DNA from: Candidatus Sigynarchaeum calidifontis
Lineage (GTDB): Archaea > Asgardarchaeota > Lokiarchaeia > Sigyniarchaeales > Sigyniarchaeaceae
Reading direction: 5' to 3'
Assembly: GCA_030587475.2 (NCBI GenBank)
Contig: JAUQYZ020000122.1
Location: 1 to 52,458 of the forward strand
Length of the DNA: 52,458 nucleotides
Shown here: piece after piece, positions 19,604 through 27,966 of the stretch
How positions within the stretch are numbered: position 1 is the stretch's first letter
Layout: each line of letters starts with the position of its first letter
The notes under the pieces: model-generated
Database searches by the model: none
What the model was told of the DNA's origin: nothing
What the model saw: only the letters and a program-made list of their open reading frames with translations
Program-made: the position numbers and the translations under genes

Positions 19604-20584
19604 TTATTGTTTTACGATCTTCTTGAGGAGCCACGTATAAACGAGAGATACGAGCAGGCCAAGGATCGCGTACCGCAAGAAGCGCCAGACGTGCGGGACC
19701 GCGGCGATCTTCCCAAGTGCAAGGGACAAGGCGAGATACGTGCCGATCGTGAGGAGCGACCCGATGATGCCCGCGAGACCGCGCTTTTGGATTGGTAGAG
19801 AAGCCGGGTTGAACTTGATCTTCATTTCTTCTATGGGAATCCCGATTGTAATGCCCAGGAGCAGCCCGCACGGCTGTCCGAAGTCGTTGGCCGCGTCCGG
19901 CACGACGATGATGCTGAACACCCACAAGGTCATACACGCGGCAACGCCGATGCTGATCCTGGCAGTCCAGTCAAGCTCAAACATTGGCATAAGCCGTTCT
20001 TCAACGAGCAAGTATGCGAGCAAGACGACGAGCCCGATGACGAAACCACCCATCACGTCTTGCACGTCGTGAACGCCGAGCACGAGCCGGGAAATCGGCA
20101 CGAGCACGAGCATCGCAGCCCCCACGACCTTGACGATGGTGGAATCGGGGCGATCGCGAGTCGTCGCGATGCTGTACCCCCAGAACGCGACCGTGGACTG
20201 CGCATGGCCGGAGGGGAAGCCAAATCCTTCCTCGTAGTAGGGGTTTGAATCCTCGGTGCCATTGGTGGGCGGGCGAGGATCCCTGACGATGGCCTTGGCG
20301 AGCAGGTTCACGTGCGTGCTGATCAAGAAGCCGTAGAGTAGCCTCCGGCTGAAGACCTTGTCCACGCCGAAGTAGAGGAACGAGATGACGACGATGAAGA
20401 ATAGCTCGTCGCCGGCTTGGGTAATGACTCCGAAAATGCCATTAAGGATTGGATCGGTCGAATAGATGGGCTCGTTCAAGCCCGAGGCGATCAAGATGAG
20501 TCCCAACACGAGCACCGCCGCGGCGGCGATTGCAAGCCACGCGACGAGCCTCGCGTCGACATGTCGTGGTTGTTCGCTGGTCAT
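19604..20584 (-). CDS. PAP2-family membrane phosphatase
   Basis: KAIVRDPRP, GFPSGHAQ and SRLVLGVHDVQDV. The start is set at MTSEQ because the longer ORF overlaps the divergent gene. Confidence 0.9.
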   Translation of the reverse strand: MTSEQPRHVDARLVAWLAIAAAAVLVLGLILIASGLNEPIYSTDPILNGIFGVITQAGDELFFIVVISFLYFGVDKVFSRRLLYGFLISTHVNLLAKAIVRDPRPPTNGTEDSNPYYEEGFGFPSGHAQSTVAFWGYSIATTRDRPDSTIVKVVGAAMLVLVPISRLVLGVHDVQDVMGGFVIGLVVLLAYLLVEERLMPMFELDWTARISIGVAACMTLWVFSIIVVPDAANDFGQPCGLLLGITIGIPIEEMKIKFNPASLPIQKRGLAGIIGSLLTIGTYLALSLALGKIAAVPHVWRFLRYAILGLLVSLVYTWLLKKIVKQ

Positions 20585-20635
20585 GGTTCTCGGTATAACA
20601 AGTAAGTGGAACCCCCTTATAAACGCGCACGCTGC

Positions 20636-20884
20636 ATGCTGAAATACCACCCGAGGCTCCGGGATCACATGAAACAGACAACCAAGACGATCCTCGAGGA
20701 GATCATCTTGCTCTTCTCTTCCATCATCGTCTTCCGCAGCGGCTGGACGCTGCTCGATCACGTGCCGTGGCTGCACGAGGACGCGGCCTTGTGGATCATG
20801 CTGATCGCGGGCTCGCTGGCCATCATCGCAACACTCTACTTGCTCAACAAGCGGGACGAGAAGCAATCGTCATCGACCGCGTGA
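20636..20884 (+). CDS. Small 2-TM membrane protein
   Basis: About 82 aa, two hydrophobic segments around FRSGWTLLD. A TATAAA lies about 20 nt upstream. Confidence 0.65.
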   Translation: MLKYHPRLRDHMKQTTKTILEEIILLFSSIIVFRSGWTLLDHVPWLHEDAALWIMLIAGSLAIIATLYLLNKRDEKQSSSTA

Positions 20885-20891
20885 ACGGCAC

Positions 20892-20916
20892 GTTGAATTG
20901 CTTGGGACAATTCAAC
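20892..20916. terminator. Perfect 9-bp hairpin just after the small membrane gene
   Basis: GTTGAATTG-CTTGGGA-CAATTCAAC. Confidence 0.4.
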
Positions 20917-21219
20917 AAACCAGACCACGACCGAACCAGCATCGGTTCTCTCGGCACCTATAACACGAGCAGCTCCAAAAAAATCATACCCCATTCAAAA
21001 CGAAATAATTCGGCCTTATCTCGAATAATCTGGAGCGGATTGGTCACGAATGTTTTATCAAGTGCGCCCGATTCTGATGCTTTCGATGAGCACCTCACTA
21101 AGTTCAGTGCACTGCCGCTATCCACGCCGGCCGGACGTGCTCCTAAAAACCGTGTACTCGTGATAAGGTTTTAAACCCAGAAAAGGTTATCTTGCGTGCG
21201 TAAATGCCAAAAAACAAGC

Positions 21220-21296
21220 GGCAACGTGGCTTAGACAGGTATAGCGTTTGCTTGGTAAGCAAAAGGTCCCGGGATCAAAGCCCGGCGTTGCCTCCA
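21220..21296 (+). tRNA. tRNA-Thr(GGT), encoded CCA, U73
   Basis: Acceptor GGCAACG/CGTTGCC, anticodon arm TTTGC-TTGGTAA-GCAAA, T arm CCGGG-ATCAAAG-CCCGG. Confidence 0.92.
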
Positions 21297-21310
21297 TTTC
21301 CCAAAAAAAT

Positions 21311-21433
21311 GCCTCCCTGGCTTAGTCTGGTTATAGCGCAAGACTCATAATCCATGGCACAAAAATAGGGTCAAACTCAAAACCTGGATACGAAATCTTG
21401 AGGTCCGGGGCTCGAATCCCCGGGGAGGCACCA
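21311..21433 (+). tRNA. Elongator tRNA-Met(CAT) with 45-nt intron at 37/38 (21350-21394), encoded CCA
   Basis: Acceptor GCCTCCC/GGGAGGC, anticodon stem CAAGA/TCTTG, T arm CGGGG-CTCGAAT-CCCCG. Confidence 0.9.
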
Positions 21434-21437
21434 TCTC

Positions 21438-21446
21438 TTTTTTTTT
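21438..21446 (+). terminator. Oligo-T terminator of the tRNA-Thr/tRNA-Met pair
   Basis: Run of 9 T directly after CCA. Confidence 0.6.
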
Positions 21447-21672
21447 CCCCGCTTGGAGGAAGGCAAGATAAGAACGAAGTATGATAGTTCGATGCACCGC
21501 AACATTTCCTTGAGCCCGAGGTTTCAAGATGTATCTCGCGCTGGGTTTCAACCGCTATCACCTTCCATGTTTCCGATCTGGTCGGGATGGCGGGAATTGT
21601 CCATGACCTTTGAGGCGACCTCCATCTTCGAGAGAAAATATAAGTTCCCATCGGTCTAAACCATCCGTGATC

Positions 21673-22005
21673 ATGAAGCGCCACGAGAAAAAAGACGAGG
21701 CTTGGGCCCAGCGCATCATAGACCGGTTGAAAATCGACCTCTGGAGCGATCTGCAGCCCGGCGCGCCCAGGAAACTCGATGATAACCGTTTAATGACCAT
21801 CTTGAAAAAGATACACGACGAGTTATGGGCACCCTCGATGGATCCGAAGGATCGCGACATGTGGGCGAATCGCATCATCGACAAGCTGCGCTCCGAGCTG
21901 TGGTCAGTCACTGGCGGCGGCCCGAAGAGGCAGCCGTCCCCGGACGAGCTGAAACGTGTCGATGAAATCCTGGCGAGGCTCAAGCAAGAGCTCTGGTCAC
22001 CCTAA
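21673..22005 (+). CDS. Small tandem-repeat protein (4 helical repeats ending E/D-L-W)
   Basis: RIIDRLKIDLWS, TILKKIHDELWA, RIIDKLRSELWS and EILARLKQELWS. Confidence 0.7.
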   Translation: MKRHEKKDEAWAQRIIDRLKIDLWSDLQPGAPRKLDDNRLMTILKKIHDELWAPSMDPKDRDMWANRIIDKLRSELWSVTGGGPKRQPSPDELKRVDEILARLKQELWSP

Positions 22006-22041
22006 GACCTTGCATTGCACGATCTGTTCTTCCGTTTATCT

Positions 22042-23307
22042 TCACACCTTCCCGCGTTTCTGGTCGATCCGCTCTAATAATGCCTCGATCCGGAGAAACA
22101 CGCTACCCTCGTCATACTTTCGCACGTCCGCGTGATCCACGTCGATCAGGATCGTGGGAATGCCGTGCTTTTCCTCGATCATCCGCTGCAAGTCCATTTG
22201 CATGATGCTATAGACCTTGCACGATCGATTGCTGGCGAAGATGACCCCGTCGATGCCGATGTGCTCGATGATGGCCGACATGGCCTTGAACCGTAGCTGC
22301 AACCCGTACGGGCACACCGAGAAGTTCTGCGTGCGTGCCATGTAAAGAAACGGATCGCCACCGTCGTAGGGATAATGCGCGTAACCGCCCTCGACCGTCC
22401 CCATGCACGACGTGTACGTCGCGTGGACGAGGTTGGCACCCAACGCGGCGAGCCGGTTCTTCATGGCGCGCAACTGGTGCCACGGGGCGATGTTGTCCCA
22501 GAGCAGGCGGTATTTCTCGTTCGGGACGGGGTAATCGCCGGCATCGATGCGCGCCCTGGCCTCGTTGAGCAGCATTTTGTAGTGCAGCGCGGTTTGTTTT
22601 TCCCCGCGTGCGAAAACGAAGGGTGCCATCTGCGCGAACGTGTCAAATGCCGTGATGGGCGATGGCCGATGAGCCGCCAGGGCGAGGAAAGCTTTCCAAT
22701 GCACCAGGGCCTCGTTCGTGCGCGCCAGCGCTTTCTTGACCTTGTCCGGGTCGAATTTCTGGCCGGTCATCGACTCCACGAGGGCGACGAGATCGTGGAG
22801 CTGGCCGACGATCCATTCCCTGTCCGTCTCCTTTTGTGCCTCGTAGCAGAACGGCACGTCGATGACGAAGTGGGGCACGCCCCAGAGCCGGTGGTAGATG
22901 TCGAACCACTTGATGAGCAGGGAGCAATTGTTCGTGTCAGACACGAGTAGATCCGGGCGGGGCAAGCCACCAGCAGGGGATGTTTTCGGGTCGCCGAGCT
23001 CGGTGCCCAGGTCGATGCGGGCATAGGAGCACAAGTCCATCGAAAAGCCGATGGCCTCGGCTTGCTGCGCGAGCGGGACTCCAGCGTTTTTCGCCGCGGA
23101 CATGGCCGCGTGGTTTTCCGGTATCGCCACGATGACGTTTTCAAAACCCTTGAATATCTCCGTCGGGACGCTGATGGATGCCCAGACGACGAATTGCTTG
23201 TCCTTGGCAGCATCGTGCAACATCGCATAGTGGTTCATGATGAGCGCGGTCAAATTCTGGCCGGCCCTCGATTTGATGGTGTTGGATTTTTTTTCGGTCT
23301 CTATCAT
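22042..23307 (-). CDS. 2-hydroxyacyl-CoA dehydratase / benzoyl-CoA reductase-like subunit (HgdA/BzdO-like)
   Basis: PENHAA, GFSMDLCSYAR, GGLPRPD, NNCSLLIKWF, YRLLWDNIAPW and NRSCK. Confidence 0.88.
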   Translation of the reverse strand: MIETEKKSNTIKSRAGQNLTALIMNHYAMLHDAAKDKQFVVWASISVPTEIFKGFENVIVAIPENHAAMSAAKNAGVPLAQQAEAIGFSMDLCSYARIDLGTELGDPKTSPAGGLPRPDLLVSDTNNCSLLIKWFDIYHRLWGVPHFVIDVPFCYEAQKETDREWIVGQLHDLVALVESMTGQKFDPDKVKKALARTNEALVHWKAFLALAAHRPSPITAFDTFAQMAPFVFARGEKQTALHYKMLLNEARARIDAGDYPVPNEKYRLLWDNIAPWHQLRAMKNRLAALGANLVHATYTSCMGTVEGGYAHYPYDGGDPFLYMARTQNFSVCPYGLQLRFKAMSAIIEHIGIDGVIFASNRSCKVYSIMQMDLQRMIEEKHGIPTILIDVDHADVRKYDEGSVFLRIEALLERIDQKRGKV

Positions 23308-23316
23308 TTCTAGTCT

Positions 23317-24516
23317 TCACGATCCAGTTTTACCAAGCAGTTCCGAAAATGCCTCGATACGGCTCTTGAGCGGGGCGATGTTGTCCTTATCGTCGATGGA
23401 TAGCTCCAGCGAGAGCACGCGGATGCCACTTTGCTTGAGAGCTTTCTCAATAAAAGGGAATTCGAGGTATTCATACTCGCAGAACTTTTCTCCAATGAAA
23501 ATCATCCCTTCCACCTTGTTGCGCCTTGCCAGGTCAAATAGGTAATTTGCACGCTGGTCGGCGGTGAAGAGTAACGTGGGACACGGGCAATGGCGTGTAT
23601 AAAAGTCCACGTAGTAATCACCGATGTTGCCGTTAAAGCGAGGCGTGTGCCAGAATGACCTGTGCATAGACGCGATGTCATTGGCGACCACCACGAGGCC
23701 GGCATGCTCCATAGCATCCATCAGGTCGGGTGGCGGCGGCAAGATGCCTGTGAGCATGACGCGATGCGATATATCGCGGCGCGGCGGCGCGGCCGGTTCT
23801 TGAATTAATGATCGAAGCATGTCGATGGTTTTATCCACTGGCTGGAGATACCCCTCGTGGACAGCCCGGGCATACCGCCCGAAACCGAGCTGCCCGCTTG
23901 CCACTCTTTCTTGTAATACTAAATATAGATCGCGCATTGTACGGAATTTTTCCACGCTTTCTTGGAAAGCACGATTTGAGAAGGTAACGTGATAGTCTTT
24001 CTCCAGCGATGCGACGAGGCGGCCAATCTCCCCCTTGAAATACGCCTGGCCCGGTTCCGCGCCAATACCTTGCATCGGCACGTGGTAATGGTAAAATTTC
24101 ACTTGGTGCCCGTCGCCGCGCATGTTTCGATGGAGAATCTCGGGCAGGTTCCGCAGCGTGTCGCAAGCATTGTAGAAGAACACGCCGTCCACCAAGGTCC
24201 TCCCGCCCGATAGAAGGAACTCGGTCAAGTGTCGACTGATAGAGCACGCAAACATCTGCACGTGCTTGTCACTCGCCGATGTCGATGCCATGTAGGGCTT
24301 TAATCCCCACAAAACGATCGGGTTGAGGCCCATGGCATGGAACAGCTCGAGCGGGGGATACAAGGGGAAGCATCCGATGACGGGTTGCCCAGACTCGCTC
24401 AAGCTGCGTTCAATCACGCACAAATCATTCATACACCGATCATTTCGATACTCCGTCGCCAAGGTATTAATTATCTGTATCAAGCATTGCTCGGCAGGAA
24501 GGGATGATATCTCCAT
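23317..24516 (-). CDS. 2-hydroxyacyl-CoA dehydratase / benzoyl-CoA reductase-like subunit (HgdB/BzdN-like)
   Basis: PLYPPLELFHAMG, FACS, NACDTLRNL, KFCEYE and SRIEAFSE. Confidence 0.88.
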   Translation of the reverse strand: MEISSLPAEQCLIQIINTLATEYRNDRCMNDLCVIERSLSESGQPVIGCFPLYPPLELFHAMGLNPIVLWGLKPYMASTSASDKHVQMFACSISRHLTEFLLSGGRTLVDGVFFYNACDTLRNLPEILHRNMRGDGHQVKFYHYHVPMQGIGAEPGQAYFKGEIGRLVASLEKDYHVTFSNRAFQESVEKFRTMRDLYLVLQERVASGQLGFGRYARAVHEGYLQPVDKTIDMLRSLIQEPAAPPRRDISHRVMLTGILPPPPDLMDAMEHAGLVVVANDIASMHRSFWHTPRFNGNIGDYYVDFYTRHCPCPTLLFTADQRANYLFDLARRNKVEGMIFIGEKFCEYEYLEFPFIEKALKQSGIRVLSLELSIDDKDNIAPLKSRIEAFSELLGKTGS

Positions 24517-24578
24517 TGACCAAGAACAGCGCTATTAGCATCCAGATTACGTGTTGAAAAAAAAATGAGAAGGAATAT

Positions 24579-24947
24579 CTATTTATTGACAAGCGTCAAG
24601 ATGCCACCAGTGATACCGACAGCCAGCGGTATGAAATACCAAAATAATGCAAAGAAACACCCGACCGCCGAGCCCACGATCATAATAATGCCACCAGGCT
24701 TTGTTTTTCCCACCGCAGTCAAGATGGCACCGGTTATCACCAACCCGAAGACAACGATGGCCAAGACTTTCAAGAATATCAAGATTGGCAAGAACGCGAT
24801 GGTTAATAAAAACATGACCAAGCCTTCCACCAAAGTACCCGCGGCCTCCAAGAATATAAGAGGATCTACCAGGGCAAACATCATACACAAGATGGAATAT
24901 AGCACGGCTGCGCCGATCGACACGATAGTTCCGGCAATTGCTTTCAT
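24579..24947 (-). CDS. Small multi-pass membrane protein
   Basis: 122 aa, highly hydrophobic, with a GGAGGAG SD-like motif upstream. Confidence 0.7.
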   Translation of the reverse strand: MKAIAGTIVSIGAAVLYSILCMMFALVDPLIFLEAAGTLVEGLVMFLLTIAFLPILIFLKVLAIVVFGLVITGAILTAVGKTKPGGIIMIVGSAVGCFFALFWYFIPLAVGITGGILTLVNK

Positions 24948-25041
24948 AGGACACTCCTCCGTGGAAAGAAATCGTCCGACGGACTTATCGTGACCCGCAC
25001 ATAAAAACCTTTTTTAAAGTGTTGAGGCAAAAGAATTGATC

Positions 25042-26190
25042 CTATTTCTTGATAGTGAGTAGGGGCTTTATCTCGTCTTCTAGCTCGTATCTCGATGTCG
25101 AAATCGTGATGCAGCCGAGCGTCTCGAAAATCTTGGCGATGTCGTCGCTGAAGCAGCGCACGATGACCTTCGCGGAAGGATTCACGTCCCGGATTATTTT
25201 CGCCACGTGGATAAGGTCATCCTTGATGTCCTCCGTGATGATGATGACCTGGGCGTTCAAAACCCCGGAATTTTGCAAGACGTCCCTGACCAGGTAGTCC
25301 CCTTTCGTGAGCGAGAGCAATTTCCGTGCTTGTTCGGTCTTCGAGGAATAAAAGCCTTCGAAATCGGTGATGTCTCCGCTATCTTTCTCGACGCAATGAC
25401 ACTCGATGCCCTTGGCAATGGCCATGTCGATGAATGCTTTCACGTAATCGTTGAAGCCAATGAAATGCATGGCTTTGGTACCGGGTGTCACGTACTCCTC
25501 GAAGACGTTCCGCGCGGCCAGGCCAGACGTGGCGATCGCGTGGCAGCCGTACGATTCATAGATCGGCACGAGGTGGTCGTCGAGCACCCTGGCCACGACC
25601 GTGCACGACTTGTTCACCTTCCGTATCTCGATGAGGATGTTGAGGTTATAGAAGTTGTTGTTATCGCACAAGAAGACGTATTTTGCCTTTGCCATTCTCG
25701 TCTTGGCCATCAATTCCTCGTCCGATTCGTCGTGGATGATGACGGGGGCTTCATTCGCTATGAGGTCCTCGACGGCACCGTCATTAGGGGATACGACTAT
25801 CCACGGCACCTTGTTTTTTTCGAGGAAGGACTTGATACGCATCCCGAGGTCCGTGTAGCCGAAGACGACCGCGTGGTTCTCCATTTTACTCGCCAGTGTC
25901 TCGCAAGTCTTGCGCGGGTGATAATGACGGAATATTTCCACGTTCACCATCCCCAAAACGAGACTGAACATCACGTAATCGCCGTAACGGTAATAGAACG
26001 TGTCGTAATCGGACGGGCCCTCGGTAATGTAAAATGTAAGTTCCAAAGCGCGAAACGTGTTGAATCCGTTCTCGATGTACAATATCACATAATTGATAAC
26101 GAACCAGAGAACGACCGTGATGAAAATAGCAACGTTTTGCTTGAAGAGTATGAGAAATTTCACGGACTTCTTCGTTACCATAACCTTCAC
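25042..26190 (-). CDS. Potassium-channel-like protein: 2 TM plus two TrkA-N/RCK domains
   Basis: MENHAVVFGYTDLG, NLNILIEIRKVN...VVAR, MHFIGF and IRDVNPSAKVIVR. No canonical TxGYG filter. Confidence 0.8.
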   Translation of the reverse strand: MKVMVTKKSVKFLILFKQNVAIFITVVLWFVINYVILYIENGFNTFRALELTFYITEGPSDYDTFYYRYGDYVMFSLVLGMVNVEIFRHYHPRKTCETLASKMENHAVVFGYTDLGMRIKSFLEKNKVPWIVVSPNDGAVEDLIANEAPVIIHDESDEELMAKTRMAKAKYVFLCDNNNFYNLNILIEIRKVNKSCTVVARVLDDHLVPIYESYGCHAIATSGLAARNVFEEYVTPGTKAMHFIGFNDYVKAFIDMAIAKGIECHCVEKDSGDITDFEGFYSSKTEQARKLLSLTKGDYLVRDVLQNSGVLNAQVIIITEDIKDDLIHVAKIIRDVNPSAKVIVRCFSDDIAKIFETLGCITISTSRYELEDEIKPLLTIKK

Positions 26191-26361
26191 TTAGCAAGGT
26201 AGCAAGTCAAGGGAATCAACCACGCCCACTATTGATTAATTGACACCCCGGTTTTTGATGCTGCTCTCCATTTCCCGATCTCGATGCTGGCTCCTTCCGT
26301 GTTATAATCCCTCATCGAACGCTTTATATCACGCCACGGCAATACCGAAGGTGGAGAGAAT

Positions 26362-26994
26362 ATGCAGGTCACGAGAAACGGATACCTTGTCATTATCGGG
26401 TGGATCGCCTTATACGCCACGATCACGGTTGTTTATTTCCTGACACAATTTCACTCGGATGACGTGCTCGTGCGGTTTTTCGCACTCTTCGGTATCACGT
26501 CCTTGCTGAACGCTGCGATTATGAGCGCCTTCACCCGCCAGCTCTATAAGAATCTTGGCGTCGCGTTTCTTAAATTACACCACCTTTTCGCGATAGCCGG
26601 TCTCGTGCTTATAACCTTGCATCCCGTCGCTCTAACCTTTATACGCGGCTTGCAAGTGTTTATTCCCGATTTTTCGTCATGGTACACGTTCTGGAGTCTC
26701 GCTGGCCGGCCAGCCTTGTACATCGCATACGTGGGAGTAGTTTCCGTCTTGTTGAGAAAACTTCTAAAGAAACATTGGAGAATCGTCCACGCGCTCTTGT
26801 ACATCGCCTTGATTTTCGGCGTCGTACACGGGGTCTTGCTCGGCCAGGATCACGCGAATCCGCTCATCGATGGAATATACATCGGACTGCTTGCGTTGAT
26901 GATGCTCGCGTTCATCTACAAGCGATATTTTGCATACTTGCAAGCCCAAAAAAGAAAAACGTCGCAGAACAAGGAGATGGTCAGCACATCTTAG
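26362..26994 (+). CDS. Ferric-reductase-like (MsrQ-type) di-heme transmembrane protein
   Basis: About 6 TM helices with His pairs KLHH...TLHP and WRIVH...VVHG. Confidence 0.78.
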   Translation: MQVTRNGYLVIIGWIALYATITVVYFLTQFHSDDVLVRFFALFGITSLLNAAIMSAFTRQLYKNLGVAFLKLHHLFAIAGLVLITLHPVALTFIRGLQVFIPDFSSWYTFWSLAGRPALYIAYVGVVSVLLRKLLKKHWRIVHALLYIALIFGVVHGVLLGQDHANPLIDGIYIGLLALMMLAFIYKRYFAYLQAQKRKTSQNKEMVSTS

Positions 26995-27067
26995 ATAACC
27001 GGCGTGTAATGAAAAACGTAGGATCTTGAAAGCCGGCATGATTTGCTCGTCCGGGGTGAAAAAAAAA

Positions 27068-27916
27068 ATGGTAGAAATAATCATCGCGTTCTTGTTAATA
27101 TTCTTGATAGGCTGCGCGAGCCTGGCCGGGGTTTTATTCCTTTCCGTGAAAGAAAAGACCTTGGACAAGATATTGTTTTACCTGGTTGCATTTGCCACCG
27201 GCACGATCCTCGCCACTTCTATCTTCGATCTTATCCCAGAATCGATACATGGTTTCGAGGAACTCGTAGGTGACGGCTTTTTCATCGAGGAAGACATGTA
27301 CTTACTCTTCGTGATCATCATGATCGGGTTCATCACCTTCTTCGTGCTGGAGCGGTTTATTTACTGGTTCCACGGCCACGCGCACGAGGAGGAGAAGGAA
27401 AAGTTCGTGTGCTACGACACGTTCGGGAAGCAGGTGGAGATCGAGCGGGAAAGTGGGAAAGGGAAAAAGATCGCCCTACTCAATTTGATCGGCGATGCAT
27501 TGCACAATCTGCTCGACGGCATCATCATCATGGTATCATTTCTCCAAAATATTGGATTGGGCATCGTGGTGACCATTGCTGTATTCATCCATGAGATTCC
27601 ACAAGAGATCGGCGATTTCGGCATATTGCTCTACGGCGGCTTCACGAAAAAGAAAGCATTGCTAGCCAACTTCGCCAGCGCGATGATAGCCATACTTGGC
27701 GGCTTGATCGCGCTAGGATTATCGAGTACTATCGCCTCGTTCAACACGTTCTTCCTTGGCTTCTCGGCAGGCGGTTTCATCTATATCGGAGGAGTGGAAC
27801 TCATGCCAGAACTCTTGAAAGAAAAGAACTTGAAGCGTTCCATCGTGCAATCGATCATATTCTTCGGGGGCATTGCGACGGTATTCATCTTGCTACGCAT
27901 CTTGCCACATGTATGA
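27068..27916 (+). CDS. ZIP-family metal transporter
   Basis: HGHAH loop, GDALHNLLDG, HEIPQEIGDFGILL and SAGGFIYI. Confidence 0.93.
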   Translation: MVEIIIAFLLIFLIGCASLAGVLFLSVKEKTLDKILFYLVAFATGTILATSIFDLIPESIHGFEELVGDGFFIEEDMYLLFVIIMIGFITFFVLERFIYWFHGHAHEEEKEKFVCYDTFGKQVEIERESGKGKKIALLNLIGDALHNLLDGIIIMVSFLQNIGLGIVVTIAVFIHEIPQEIGDFGILLYGGFTKKKALLANFASAMIAILGGLIALGLSSTIASFNTFFLGFSAGGFIYIGGVELMPELLKEKNLKRSIVQSIIFFGGIATVFILLRILPHV

Positions 27917-27966
27917 TAAATTCATGTATTTCATTTTATTTCTCTTAAAATTGAGAGTAAAAAGGT

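Noticed and set aside
19604-20866. 420-aa version of the PAP2 ORF
   Set aside because: The N-terminal extension is antisense to the small membrane gene at 20636-20884; the start at 20584 fits better.
20968-20988. Minus-strand GATTTTTTTGGAGC resembling an snRNA Sm site
   Set aside because: It is short and low-complexity, is equally explained by an oligo-T terminator, and has no other snRNA features.
21074-21115. Hammerhead ribozyme or C/D box RNA near CTGATGC...GATGAG
   Set aside because: The CUGAnGA/GAAA core is absent, and there are no properly spaced C and D boxes.
21311-21433. Initiator tRNA-Met or tRNA-Ile2(CAT)
   Set aside because: It lacks A1-U72 and the three G-C anticodon-stem pairs. 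The GCC acceptor start and 37/38 intron fit elongator Met better than Ile2.
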